Assembly (NCBI GenBank): GCA_040954595.2
Contig: CM082586.2
Coordinates: 4,946,509 to 5,010,508, forward strand
Length of the DNA stretch: 64,000 nucleotides
Reading direction: 5' to 3'
Origin: Balanoglossus misakiensis
Lineage: Eukaryota; Animalia; Hemichordata
Below are positions 39,072 to 50,952 of this stretch, piece by piece (the stretch's first letter is position 1; each line of letters starts with the position of its first letter). The notes beneath the pieces are model-generated. The model saw nothing but the letters and a program-made list of their open reading frames with translations, was not told the origin of the DNA and ran no database searches. The position numbers were made by a program, and so were the translations under genes.

Positions 39072-42000
39072 TCATTCTTGCACAGTTTGTTCATCTCTGT
39101 TCTCATGAACCTCATTTTTGTGGCTCTCCAGCAAACGTCTGCTAGAAAACTTCTTGTGGCATATTTCACAAGTTTTATCATCACAGTCATGAACACTGAT
39201 TTTGTGCTCTTTTAGCTTTTTCTTTGTAGTGAACAGAATGTTGCATAGTTTACAAATTTGAGCAGCTTTTGTCTCGTGTGCCTTCATGTGTCTCATTAGT
39301 GTCCGTTTCATGCCAAAGCCTTTCCCACACTGATTGCATCTGTAGCCGTCATACTTGTTATGGATTTCCTGATGTTCCCGGAGCAAGATCATTGATGTAA
39401 ACAGGCGTTTGCATTCATGACACAGCCATTTCTTGATTTTTCTACGTGATTTTGGAGGTTTGTTTCCTAAATCATTGCTGGAGACAGCTACTTCACTCCC
39501 ATCACCGCCGGTCCTCGCAGCTTCCCGTCGAATATGCGTCTCCTTCTTGTGGCGCTGCATGCTCCTAACAGCAGCGAAGATTTTCCCACAAATAGGACAC
39601 CTACACTTTTCCAGTTCATCCCTCTCGCTCTTCGACAATCCAACTCCGTCATGTGATAACAGTTTGTGTCTCTGCATGTCCGTCAAGTTACGGCACTCTT
39701 GGCCACATAATTCACACAACATAGCGTGATTACCAACCTTCTCATGGACCCTTCTTTTGTGCCACCGAAGGCAATGGGGAGAAGCCAGCCTTTTGTTACA
39801 TATATCACAAGTCACAAGATCATCTTTATGAACTGCATGGTTATGCTGCGTCAGCTTCCATCGAGTAGCAAACATGATATTGCATTTGTTACAGGTTCTA
39901 GCAGCCTTAGTCTCTCTATGTTTTGTTAAGTGAAGTGTTAATGTTTTCTTCATGCGAAAACCTTTTCCGCACTTCTCACAGTTGTACAGCACTTTATTGT
40001 GAATATTTTCCTGATGTTCGTTGAGGAGAGGTCGAGATGTAAATGGTTCTTTGCATTCAAGACAGCTCCACATCTTGCCTTCTTTCTTTTCTTCTCCTTG
40101 GTCGATGTTTGAATCATCCTTGGAAACATCTTTTTCACCCCCTTTGCTGGCAGTTCTGGCAGCTTCCCGTCGAATATGTGTTCCCTTCATGTGGGTCTGA
40201 AGACTCCGAACAAAAGCGAAGATTTTCCCACAAATAGGACACCTACATTTTTCAAGTTCTTTCCTCTCACTGTTCGACAATCCAACTCCGTCATGTGATA
40301 ACAGTTTGTGTCTCTGCATGTCCTTCAAGTTACGGCACTCTTGGCCACACAAGTCGCACGTCATCGGATGACCACCAACCTTCTCATGAATTGCTTTTAT
40401 ATGCCCTTGAAGTGAACATCGAGAAGCAAACCTTCTGTTGCATATATCACATGTTCGACCATCATCTTTATGAACTGCACGGTTATGCTGCTTCAACTTC
40501 CATCGAGTAGCAAAAACGATATTGCATTTGTTACAGGTTCTAGCAGCCTTAGTCTCTCTATGTTTTGTTAAGTGAAGTGTTAATGTTTTCTTCATGCGAA
40601 AACCTTTTCCGCACTTCTCACAGTTGTACAGCACTTTATTGTGGATATTTTCCTGGTGTTCGTGGAGAAGAGGTCGAGATGTAAATGGTTCTTTGCATTC
40701 AAGACAGCTCCACGTCTTGCCTTCTTTCTTTTCTTCTCCTTGGTCAATGTTTGAATCATCCTTGGAAACATCTTTTTCACTCTCTTTGCTGGCAGTTCTG
40801 GCAGCTTCCCGTCGAATATGTGTTCCCTTCATGTGGGTCTGAAGACTCCGAACAACAGCGAAGATTTTCCCACAAATAGGACACCTACACTTTTCCAGTT
40901 CTTCCCTCTCGCTGTTCGACAATCCAACTCCGTCATGTGATAACAGTTTGTGTCTCTGCATGTCCTTCAAGTTACGGCACTCTTGGCCACACAAGTCGCA
41001 CGTCATCGGATGACCACCAACCTTCTCATGAATTGCTTTTATATGCCCTTTAAGTGAACATCGAGAAGCAAACCTTCTGTTGCATATATCACACATTCGA
41101 CCATCATCTTTATGAACTGCACGGTTATGCTGCTTCAACTTCCATCGAGTAGCAAACATGATATTGCATTTGTTACAGGTTATAGCAGCCTTAGTCTCTT
41201 TATGTTTTATTAAGTGAAGTGTTAATGTTTTCTTCATGCGAAAACCTTTTCCGCACTTCTCACAGTTGTACAGCACTTTATTGTGAATATTTTCCTGATG
41301 TTCGTGGAGGAGAGGACGAGATGTAAATGGTTCTTTGCATTCAAGACAGCTCCACGTCTTGCCTTCTTTCTTTTCTTCTCCTTGGTCTTTACTTGAATCA
41401 TTCTTGGAAACATCTTTTTCACTCCCTTTGCTGGCAGTTCTGGCAGCTTCCCGTCGAATATGTGTTCCCTTCATGTGGGTCTGAAGACTCCGAACAGCAG
41501 CGAAGATTTTCCCACAAATAGGACACCTGCATTTTTCCAGTTCTTCCCTCTCGCTGTTCGACAATCCAACTCCGTCATGTGATAACAGTTTGTGTCTCTG
41601 CATATCCTTCAAGTTACGGCACTCTTGGCCACACAAGTCGCACGTCATCGGATGACCACCGCTCGACTGAAGACTTCCTGCAGCAGAGAACTTCTGGTGA
41701 TGACTATCTTTGTGTTTACGAAGCAAAGCCAAAGATTTAAACTCTTTTCTGCATTCTAGACAACGCCATTTCTTGATTTCTCTCAGTGCTCTGCCTGAAG
41801 TTCCGGCCTTTCCACATTTAAAGTGAGTTCTCCTCTGGTGGTACTTCATATGCAGGACGGAAGAGAAGACTTTGTCACAAATGGCACATTTGCATTTCTC
41901 AAGTTTTTCCCTCCCACTTCTAAGCAACCCAAAACCTTCATGCGATTCCAGTTTGTGCCTTTGAAGATTGGACAGGTTCTGAAACTGCTTACTGCATGAG

Positions 42001-42810
42001 TCACAGTGCAGAGTTTGTTGAACAGTTTTCTCGTGAACATCCCGTTTGTGCCATCTGAGATTTCTTGGACTAGCAAAATCTTCATGGCATATTGTGCACG
42101 TGTGAAGAGCATTTTTAGAAAATGCTTCGATATTCATCCCACTCTCGAGGTGTGGCTCAGCTTCCTTCAGATGAACAGGCACTACAACCGTGTCTGATTT
42201 TGCCTGCTCCCAAGCACTCTCGACTAGTAGTGTACTAACTGAAGTCTCACTGATATTATCTGTACTTGCATGCATTTCCTGATCAACATCATCTCCGTTC
42301 CAAGAAACACCTTCTTCTCCTCCCACTCGCTCTTGATCCTCACTTTCTCCATCCTCTGGTACCCTCACACCAACGTTGACTTGATTCACCGTCCCTTCAT
42401 CAATCCCATCACTTTCTGCTCCTGCTGAGACCCAATGCTCAAAGCTGGTATCTGAGAATTCTTCCTCATCTTTGATCAAGGCGCCCATGACGACATTGTG
42501 AGTACCCTGGCTGACCACTTTATCAGTTTCCTCTTCATTATCTTGGTCTCTATCTTGTGCGTATGGCTCAACTTTGACCTTTGTGACAGGCCACCCCGAT
42601 ACATCTGCAGGAATGTCAGCATTGTCTCTCCGTAGACTTTCTGCATCCTCTGTTATTCTATCAATAATATTGACACTACTATTTGAATCCTCATTCACTT
42701 CTTGCTTCACGTCACGTTTACTGAAACTGCTTGTGATAATGTTAGCAAGTTCCTCAGCTGTTAAAGTTGTGTTGGGTGATTGGGTTCCTAAGATGCCAAC
42801 ATCATCGTCG

Positions 42811-42849
<39 letters not shown>

Positions 42850-43299
42850 CCACACACACAAGCTACATCAATCTCAGTACCATTGTCATCAAAGGATTCA
42901 GCAGTATGTGATTTGATATTATCCAACTGAAAGGCGCCAGAATTCTCAGGTGTTCCTTTGAACTTCTCACATAGTTCGTCAAGCAAAGTGATTTTGAATG
43001 CCTGGGCAGCCTTATGTAGATGATCAATATCATCTTTCCCAATGGCAATACTTCCTGAGTAGACAAAGCTGATGATCTTTTCCATTACACCAGGGCTGAG
43101 CTCACTGAAATCCTTGAGACTTGATTCAGCAGTAGCTGGGTTGGAAAATAGTGGACTGCAAGTTGCCATCATCAGCAGGTGGTATGGAAACCCTCTGTTG
43201 TTTGGGCCCACCATGATATCAGTTAAAATTTGTTGAGTTCTCAGCTGATCAAGTTTTTTTCAGAACCAGCATTGGATACTCATCCAGTCTGTACTCCAT
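39072..43299 (-). CDS. BTB/POZ plus multi-C2H2 zinc-finger protein, copy 2; +1 frameshift after codon 15; long ORF 39072-43214 (1380 aa) intact
   Basis: Paralog of copy 1. The homologous ATG at 43299 is 85 nt from the MVGP ATG, versus 84 nt in copy 1, because of a T7 run (43254-43260) against T6 in copy 1. Near-identical 642-nt internal repeats. Confidence 0.85.
39540..41660 (-). repeat. Intragenic tandem repeat, 642-nt (214-aa) period, ~3.3 units
   Basis: Identical shadow ORFs recur at 39950/40592/41234 and 40043/40685/41327, spaced exactly 642 nt apart. Confidence 0.9.
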
Positions 43300-43430
43300 G
43301 ATTGCACTTCAAATCACACAAAATGCACAAAGTCTTAAATTATAGATTTATGATTCATTTGCCAATGAAGTGTCCTTACTCCTTGAGTTTTAATTAACCA
43401 CTTCGTAGATGTGAGGACGACTTCAGTCTA

Positions 43431-43890
43431 GAAAGTTGCTCCTGTTGCCAAAGCTTCAAATCACAAGGAGGCCAATTGTTGTGTACTTTTCTTCAGGAAA
43501 AAAACTTCCTCAAAACCTATGTAAGAACATATGAATGATGATGATTAGTCAAGACATAAAAACATATATCATGTACGTGTAAATACAAACACATACTAAA
43601 CAGGGAACCCCTGCAATGCACATGACTTGTCAGAGATCAAGAATGTCTAACATGTCATGTAACTCAAACCCATTTACATACATACCAATATAGAAACTTG
43701 CTCTTATTGCCCGAGCTTCAAATTACAAGCACAGAAATTGTTGGTTTGGGAGAGTTTTTCCCTGGAGTACACTTCCTATGAGAGAACATTAGAGTCATAA
43801 TTAGTCAAGACATAACACAAACACAGTATACTATAAACAAATGCTAAACAGGTAATCCCTGCAATGAATTGTCAGAGATCGGAATTGTCA
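43431..43890. repeat. Diverged ~230-260-bp tandem duplication upstream of BTB-ZF copy 2 (single copy at 37711-37936 for copy 1)
   Basis: Shared TTGCTC.T.TTGCC.AGCTTCAAAT.ACAAG, TTAGTCAAGACATAA and AAACAGG.AA.CCCTGCAATG blocks starting at 37711, 43431 and 43693. Confidence 0.7.
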
Positions 43891-44410
43891 GGTATCTCAC
43901 AAATAACGATTCCTCTGTCAACGTTTACAGTCTATATAATAACATGCCTTATAATGTTATGGCATGCAAAGTTTGCCTATTTTATGAATTACATTGTCTC
44001 TCAAATAAAATCAACTAAACACAATCTTTGCAGGTACACATTGGAATTGACCCTGTACCTCAATTTCAAATTTGCACATCGTACATCAGCCACCCAGAAG
44101 ACAGAAATCCAAGGTCACGATTACTTGACCTTTCATTTGCTCACACATCTTGAACCATTTGATGGTGCGATCAGCAATCTTCTGTTGGCTTTAATGGTAA
44201 TTTTGGCAGCGAGTTTACCGTTGAAACCTGTCTTGGACTAGCCTACGCACGCCACGTATGGTCACACTCACAGTCCCTCAAGAATGGTGATAATGAATGA
44301 ACCTTCCGTCATTCGCCTGTCTCGCTCGACAGACGCTGGGCGGACGAACTCAACTCTAGAGAATTTTGCCAGTTTAATACAGTGTAATAGAAAAGTGGGG
44401 TTCACTAGAT

Positions 44411-45063
44411 CTTACCTTTACAAGATTAGGGCCAAAAGTATTAGGGTATCAAGCAAGAGAAGCAGACGCTATCACTTATCACATTGACTTTGCCCAGTGA
44501 AACATTATTTAGCTTGACCTTTGACCCGCGTCCCTTTCATTGAGTGTGCCACCAACGGCCACTGACAGAGTTACTTTGTCTTCGTGCAACGCCCAGCGCG
44601 CCTGCGCGCCTCGAATGACATGAATGAAAGCCGACAGACCACGTGTGTGTAGCGGTCTCTACTAAATAGTAAATATAATCCTTTATTAGCATGTAAATTG
44701 AAGGAGAGGCGGTAGTGAAGCAACCTCTTTCACTGCGTAGGTGAACTTCGGCTTTAGGGACGCGGACGTGAAGTGTGCGCGGCGCGGGGCAGATCAGCAA
44801 CGCCAACGGTATTGAAACCCATCCCCCTGGACAGATCGACCGTCAAGATTACACTTGAAATTGACATCATAACACTGTCTATGACATAACCCACCATTTC
44901 GTCATCAGTCGTCTCGGTTATGTAACAAGTGAACAAAGGTAAACATCAGTCTACAACTCGATCATTCACGCCCACACCAGCGATCGGAAGTCGAAGTCGT
45001 CCCTAACAAGCCAAGCTTCTGTTTCCACACCGACGAGTACTATCAGGTTCACAACAGCCAACA
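44411..45063. promoter_or_regulatory. Noncoding first exon of BTB-ZF copy 2 and bidirectional promoter shared with the SLC5 gene
   Basis: 44411-44581 is homologous to 38508-38680 (donor CTTACC, GTATCAAGCAAGAGAAG.AGACGCTATCAC, GTGTGCCACCAACGGC). A CpG-rich stretch follows, up to the SLC5 ATG at 45064. Confidence 0.55.
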
Positions 45064-48000
45064 ATGGAGGGTGACGATCTGCCCAGTTTTTCCATAGCGG
45101 ACTACGTCGTCTTCAGTTTGCTGTTGGCCATTTCTATGGGCATCGGTGTCTACCATGCGTGCACCGGGGGGAAACAGAAGACCAGCGGAGAGTTTCTCAT
45201 GGCTGACCGCAATATGAGACCCTGGCCCGTGGCCATGTCCCTTGTTGCAAGTTTCATGTCGGCGATCACGGTGCTCGGCACCCCTGCCGAACACTACATG
45301 TTTGGGACGATGTTTTGTGTATTTGGCGTGACCTATGCCTTGACGATGATCATCACGGCTGAACTTTTCATGCCTGTATACTACCATCTTCAAATTATCA
45401 GTGCATACGAGGTACAGTCAACTGTCACTTCTCTCTCATGATTTCAGTCCCCACGGACACAGTCCAAGGGCCCAGGGCGTATGAGATCCGTACGTCTGTT
45501 GATCATATGGCTCAGGCAGCTCAGGGGAGGGGGGGGGGGGTAGGGACCGATGGGAGGGGCAGTATACTCATGCATGATATTGCAGTGTGAACCAGTGAAT
45601 AATGCATGTGTGTTATGAATTCAAGTCTGGGCTTGTAGTATCCAATTGTCAATAATATTAATTAAATATAACAGTTATATTCTCTTGCAGAAAACCAAGG
45701 ACTTTAGCACGCTTTTTTTTAATGGCACAAGAAACTGCAGTTTATACACAGGATACAGTATTGGAAAAGGAACCAAAAGTTCAGCTAGTATTAATGTCCC
45801 TTTAATTAATACTGTATGAAAAAGCTCTCCTTCGAAAACTTAAATTTTGGATGTTTCCCAGCCACAGAAATGTCTCCACTGAAAGATTTCAGCTGTGCCC
45901 CAAATCTTCACCAAGCAAGACCTCCTCACAAAATCTTTAGACCATTATTCCAATAGTTGGAGAACACAATAGTCTTTTCATCAGTCACACACACAAGCTG
46001 TCTTAGGAAAACAGGCCTTTTCCTCGATCCCATTGGGACTGTACCTGCACCCTGACAGAGATTGTTATTTTTGTGAGGACGGCCAACAACATGTTTACCA
46101 CCCTAACCCGCGCACCACCACATACTAAATAAACTGAGTTTTGGAGCCTGGGACAGCACACTTTGTATTCGGTCATGCATGTAACAAAGCCTGGTTTTCT
46201 ATTAAATAAAAAATAGTTTTCGTACACATGCAGTATTCAGGATTCGTGCATGGTTGCACTCATTGAAAACTATATGTAAACGAATAGTAAGGGTTTATCT
46301 GTATAGAAACTCATTTCTTTTCACATGAAATACAAGGACATGAACTGACACAGTAAATTTTAGGGTAGAGTGCCAAAGCTGCCGAATTCATAATCTAGAA
46401 ATTCTTGATACATGATAATGCTTTCTCCCTAATCATTTTTTCCATTTTGGGTTTAACTTGTAGTACTTGGAAATACGTTTTAAGAGCAAACTTGTCAGAA
46501 TTGTCGGATGTGTGACTTTTCTGGTTCAAATGGTGAGTGTTTTGATTTTTATTCTGAAGTACTTGTACTTTTTTTCGTGGTGTTGCCACCAGAAACCTTA
46601 GTGTAATGCATGCGGATTTGCTTCAAGCCAATATATATGGACATTTTAGGGTCTTTTATAAAGTGTTGTATTGGTACTTGTCAGTGAACATGATGTATAG
46701 ACAAACCACTTCTACCCTACGTTGTCATTTGTATTGAATTGTATTTTTTTTTCTGTTCCATAGATCATCTACATGGGAGTTGCTATCTATGCCCCATCGC
46801 TCGCTCTCAATGCAGGTAAAGCTGTTTTCAACAATGACGTCATGACCCCATCTGTTCACATTTAAAATCTCGACCTTGTCCTCCATTCGGGTGAGAGGTT
46901 GGGGCGTACAGCAGTGATGTCAAATCAATATTTGCAAAAAGGAACATTTTGGGCACACTTTCTAAACCACGCATTGACAATGGGGAGAATCACTGACAGC
47001 ATCATCGAAGAACGTTCTTTGAATACAAATCGGGGAAAAGAGATGGTACATGTATCTGTGACAGTTTTAATTACTGAGGAATTTCAGGATGTTTTGAACA
47101 CAGGGAAAATAGATGGTACCGTGTCTTTTTGACTGTTTTAAATTAATTACCAGATGTACCATATGGTGTTTGATGACATCGTGACTCTCTCACAGCCCGC
47201 GGCTTGCTACAAGGCTCTTCACTGACGGTGTGACCCTCATAGTATCAACCGTTTAGCAAAGAAGCCCCATACGGGCACACATGCAATCAGACCATAAGCC
47301 TGCATGGATGGCGAGAGGGGCTGTGAGAGAGTCTCGATGACATCATACTTGTTTATTTATAGGTCCAGTATGTCAGGCAAAATCTCAAGCATTGTGTACC
47401 AGCTTCAGAATCTTTTACTCTGTAATATGAACAATGTGAAAGTGAAATATAAGCATTATGTCATTGGTGCAAAATTTGTCTGCTTTACTGATAACTTTGT
47501 TGTTGTTTTGTTTATCACAGTCACTGGCGTCAATCTGTGGGGGTCGATCCTGATCTGTGGTTTGGTGTGTACGTTCTACACGACAATTGTAAGTTGTTTT
47601 CATAGTCTAACCCATTTCTTCAGTCTTCTGTGACCTTGCGTGACATTGTGTGATCCAGTTTGCGGATGTAGGTCACGCAAGTTGGTCACATTCACAGATG
47701 CTTGAGGTGATTTACAAGACCCGTTATGGTAACACATAAGCTGATGTTTAGTTGTTTACACCCTGAAGTTCACCAGCCGAGTTGAGAAAAACAAAAAACA
47801 ATAACAACTACACTGTGATCGCAACTTTCTAGTTTTCAGTTTTGAAGTACTGTTTTGGTGTCCGCACTATCAGATAAACTTGTCTGAAGTGATGCAAAGG
47901 TGTACATGGCAATCTGTTTCCATGCAGATGTAAGAGGAGTTTGAAATTTGCTGTTTATTTTGTTATTGTAGGGAGGAATGAAGGCTGTATTATGGACCGA

Positions 48001-50952
48001 CACGTTTCAGTTACTGGTGATGATCTCTGGGTTTTTGGCTGTGATCATACAGGCTTCAATTGAACTTGGTGGATGGACAAACATCATGAAGATATGTAAT
48101 GAGGGCAAAAGGATCGAATTCTTCAAGTAAGTGAAAAAAAAATGCAAATGTGGTATTTTATTTATCCTTTTGAACGTTTCCCTGTAAAAGTTCGCCAATA
48201 GAAAACAATGGGTTTGGAACAAAAACCATGGTGGTGAAATGACTACATGCTGGCAAAAAATGATGCTGACTTAAGTTTCGGAAGGTCCATGAACAGAAAC
48301 TGAGAAGAAGACTCCATGCAAGACTACTTGAAATATATAATTTTGTAATAATTTTACTATTCTGTAAAATATGACTTTTTTTCTCTTTCGTTCCACAGTA
48401 CTGATTTTGATCCCAGAACGCGACATTCAATTTGGAGCATATGGGTCGGCGGTCTCTTCACCTGGATGGCGATCTATGGAGTCAATCAGTCTCAGGTGCA
48501 ACGCTACCTGACCTGCAAGTCGTACAAAGATTCTAGAATGTGAGTTGCGTGGCTACTTTACTCACACTCACTTCAGACACTTATTTTGACTTTCTTCTAA
48601 GGGCTTGACAATGAGTACTGTTACGATGCAATTTTCAGTGTTGACCACAAATTCAGCAACTTTTAATATTCATGCACTATGGTCATATACACAAAACACT
48701 TTAATTTAATTAAAACTTTTCTCACTCCTCCAGAGCCATCTACCTCAACATTCCCGGGCTGTGTCTGATTCTAGCTTTGGCTGCGTGCTCGGGGCTTGCC
48801 ATGTACGCCTACTATCAACATTGCGACCCCTTCTCTGCAGGATATGTGTCGGCACCAGATCAGGTAATACATGTAACTAACTTTTTTGGGTTAACATCAT
48901 TTTGCCACTTGTCAGACAAATAATTAAAAGTAAAAGTTTGTATATATATTTTTTTGACAGTTGATGCCTTACTTTGTGATGGATCTGCTTGGATTCCTGC
49001 CTGGTTTGCCTGGCGTTTTTGTATCATGTCTCTTCAGTGCTGCCTTAAGGTAAGTCGGACTGAACCATAATAATGAAAGGGGTAATCAATAAGCAGGTTT
49101 CACTGTGTACACTATAGTATCGGTAATACACATATTTTGGTATATCTCCACAGCACCATATCCTCTGGACTGAATTCCCTGGCAGCTGTCACCGGTGAAG
49201 ACATCATCAAGCAAATATGGCCGGGAATATCTGAAAGCAGATACACTACAGTAACAAAAATACTCGGTAATTGCTGGTTATGAGTATTTTTTTTCTTCCG
49301 TTTTCGCACGGTAACCGTGGTTTTCGGAAGGTCATCAAAATACAATGAAATACGCCAATACTGTATTCACCTTTGCAGCTTTTATACACGGCACTTCTGT
49401 CAGATGTAAAATACCAATATGTCATTCTGATACAGACATTTTCGTTTGTTCCCCTCCCATCTAGCTATTGTGTATGGAATAGTCAGTGTTCTAATGTCCT
49501 ACGTGGCTTCACAGCTTGGATCAGTCCTACAGGTGAGTGTTAATCAAAATTTCACTTTAATTTCTGAAAAGTGAAAACAAACGTTGACATTCCCCAACCG
49601 CGTTATATGTATTCATATTAAGTTCGTATTTTTCTTCAACAGGCTGCTTTGAGCATCTTCAGTTTGTTAGGGGGCCCGCTTCTTGGGCTGTTCAGCTTGG
49701 GATTATTTTTCCCTTGGACCAACTACATTGTAAGTACAGTAGCAGGTTGGTGATTTGCTGTTAATTATAAAATTTTCAGTGATTTTTTCGGTGAGAAAAT
49801 GTCTGCAGAGATCACCGGAATATATTTTTTTACTAAAATTTCTGTTTTATCGCGACAGGGAGCTGTTGTTGGCCTGCTGGTGGGCATGTCTATCTCCCTG
49901 TGGTTTGGCTTTGGTGCCTTCATGTACCCGCCATCCAAGCCCGTCCTCCCCCTCTCCACAATCGGCTGTCCCAACATCACTTCTCTGTTTGTGAACGCCA
50001 CTACGGCGGAGTCCGTAACCGCGACGTCCGGCTCCTCGTACTCCTTGCTGTCGTCAACGGAAACGATGGCAGCTGCCCCTCAAGATTCCTAGTGAGTGAC
50101 TGTAATCTTTCAGTCATGTGGTCATCATGTGACCTCAAACAGGAGTGTGCTGGCTGCCCTTTGAGATTCCTTCCTCTTGGTGATTTTCATGTGACCTGAA
50201 AGACTCCCAAGGAGGGATTTATTTTTAATGTTAATTTTCAAAGTCATGTGACGAAAAAGTTATTTCAAAGCATCTGCAGAATGTTGTTTTGCAACCATCA
50301 TTATTTAGGCACTCAAATAAATGAATTTTTCAAACTTAAACTTCTTCTTTATAATGTGCTTTTTCCCCGATGCAGTCCAGCGATTGCCGAAGTGTACGGC
50401 ATGTCATATCTTTACTTTGGTGCAGTGGCTTGGTGCGTTGTCGTCATTGTTGGTCTTATCGTCAGTTTTGCTACAGGTAGGTGTTGGTTTTGGAAACGGC
50501 AGGTTATGAGAGCGCTCTACCAGAAATACTATTGCCGAAAATGGACTTCTGGAAATGCACACTCTTCGGAAGTTTGACCCTGTCACTGGTTGATGTTTCA
50601 GGTTATCAAAAGCCAGAGGAGCTTGACCCCAGAGTGATGTCACCACTGGCCGACAAGTGCTGCTTCTTTCTGCCGAAGAATTGGAGGAGAGCCCTCTACT
50701 GTGGAGTGAGGCATGGCGAGGAAATTGAGGTGACAACTTATCTCAGCCATCATTGCTATTTTTGAGTATACATGATGTTGGCTATGATCAATTTTTGTTA
50801 ACGCACCAAATTTTTTTCTCTCAATTCTGCAGAATGAGAAAGCTGCTGCCGCAGAAGAGGTCAAAGTTGAACTGATGAATGGCAAAATGAAAGACGCCAG
50901 CCAGAATGCAGATCTGGATGAAGAAGCTCCTGTGTACGATACAAATTTATAG
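45064..50952 (+). CDS. Sodium:solute symporter of the SLC5A5/6/8/12 (NIS/SMVT/SMCT) subfamily, 15 exons
   Basis: Approximate exons 45064-45411, 46464-46532, 46764-46815, 47521-47588, 47972-48126, 48399-48539, 48734-48863, 48961-49049, 49153-49266, 49464-49532, 49643-49728, 49859-50091, 50376-50476, 50602-50729 and 50833-50952. Motifs [86 protein letters not shown] and [11 protein letters not shown]; C-terminus YDTNL*. Confidence 0.93.
48161..48240. mobile_element. MITE-like family copy in an SLC5 intron
   Basis: TTTATCCTTT...TTCCCTGT...ATAGAAAACAATGGGTTTGGAACAAAAACCATGGTGGTGAAA. Confidence 0.55.

Noticed and set aside
39540-41660. Regular repeats as a possible CRISPR-like array
   Set aside because: They are 642-nt protein-coding units without short repeat-spacer structure, in eukaryotic DNA.
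32917-43066. Many repeated shadow ORFs overlapping the ZF genes
   Set aside because: They are antisense or off-frame by-products of the repeated coding modules.
32681-43299. Two ZF copies as an uncollapsed haplotype (assembly artefact)
   Set aside because: They differ in module number, diagnostic residues, a large in-frame indel and flanking sequence, more than expected for alleles; read depth would confirm.
50090-50092. Apparent premature TAG in the SLC5 ORF (…QDS*)
   Set aside because: The donor TA|GTGAGT splits the codon; splicing to 50376 gives TAT (Tyr) and the frame continues.
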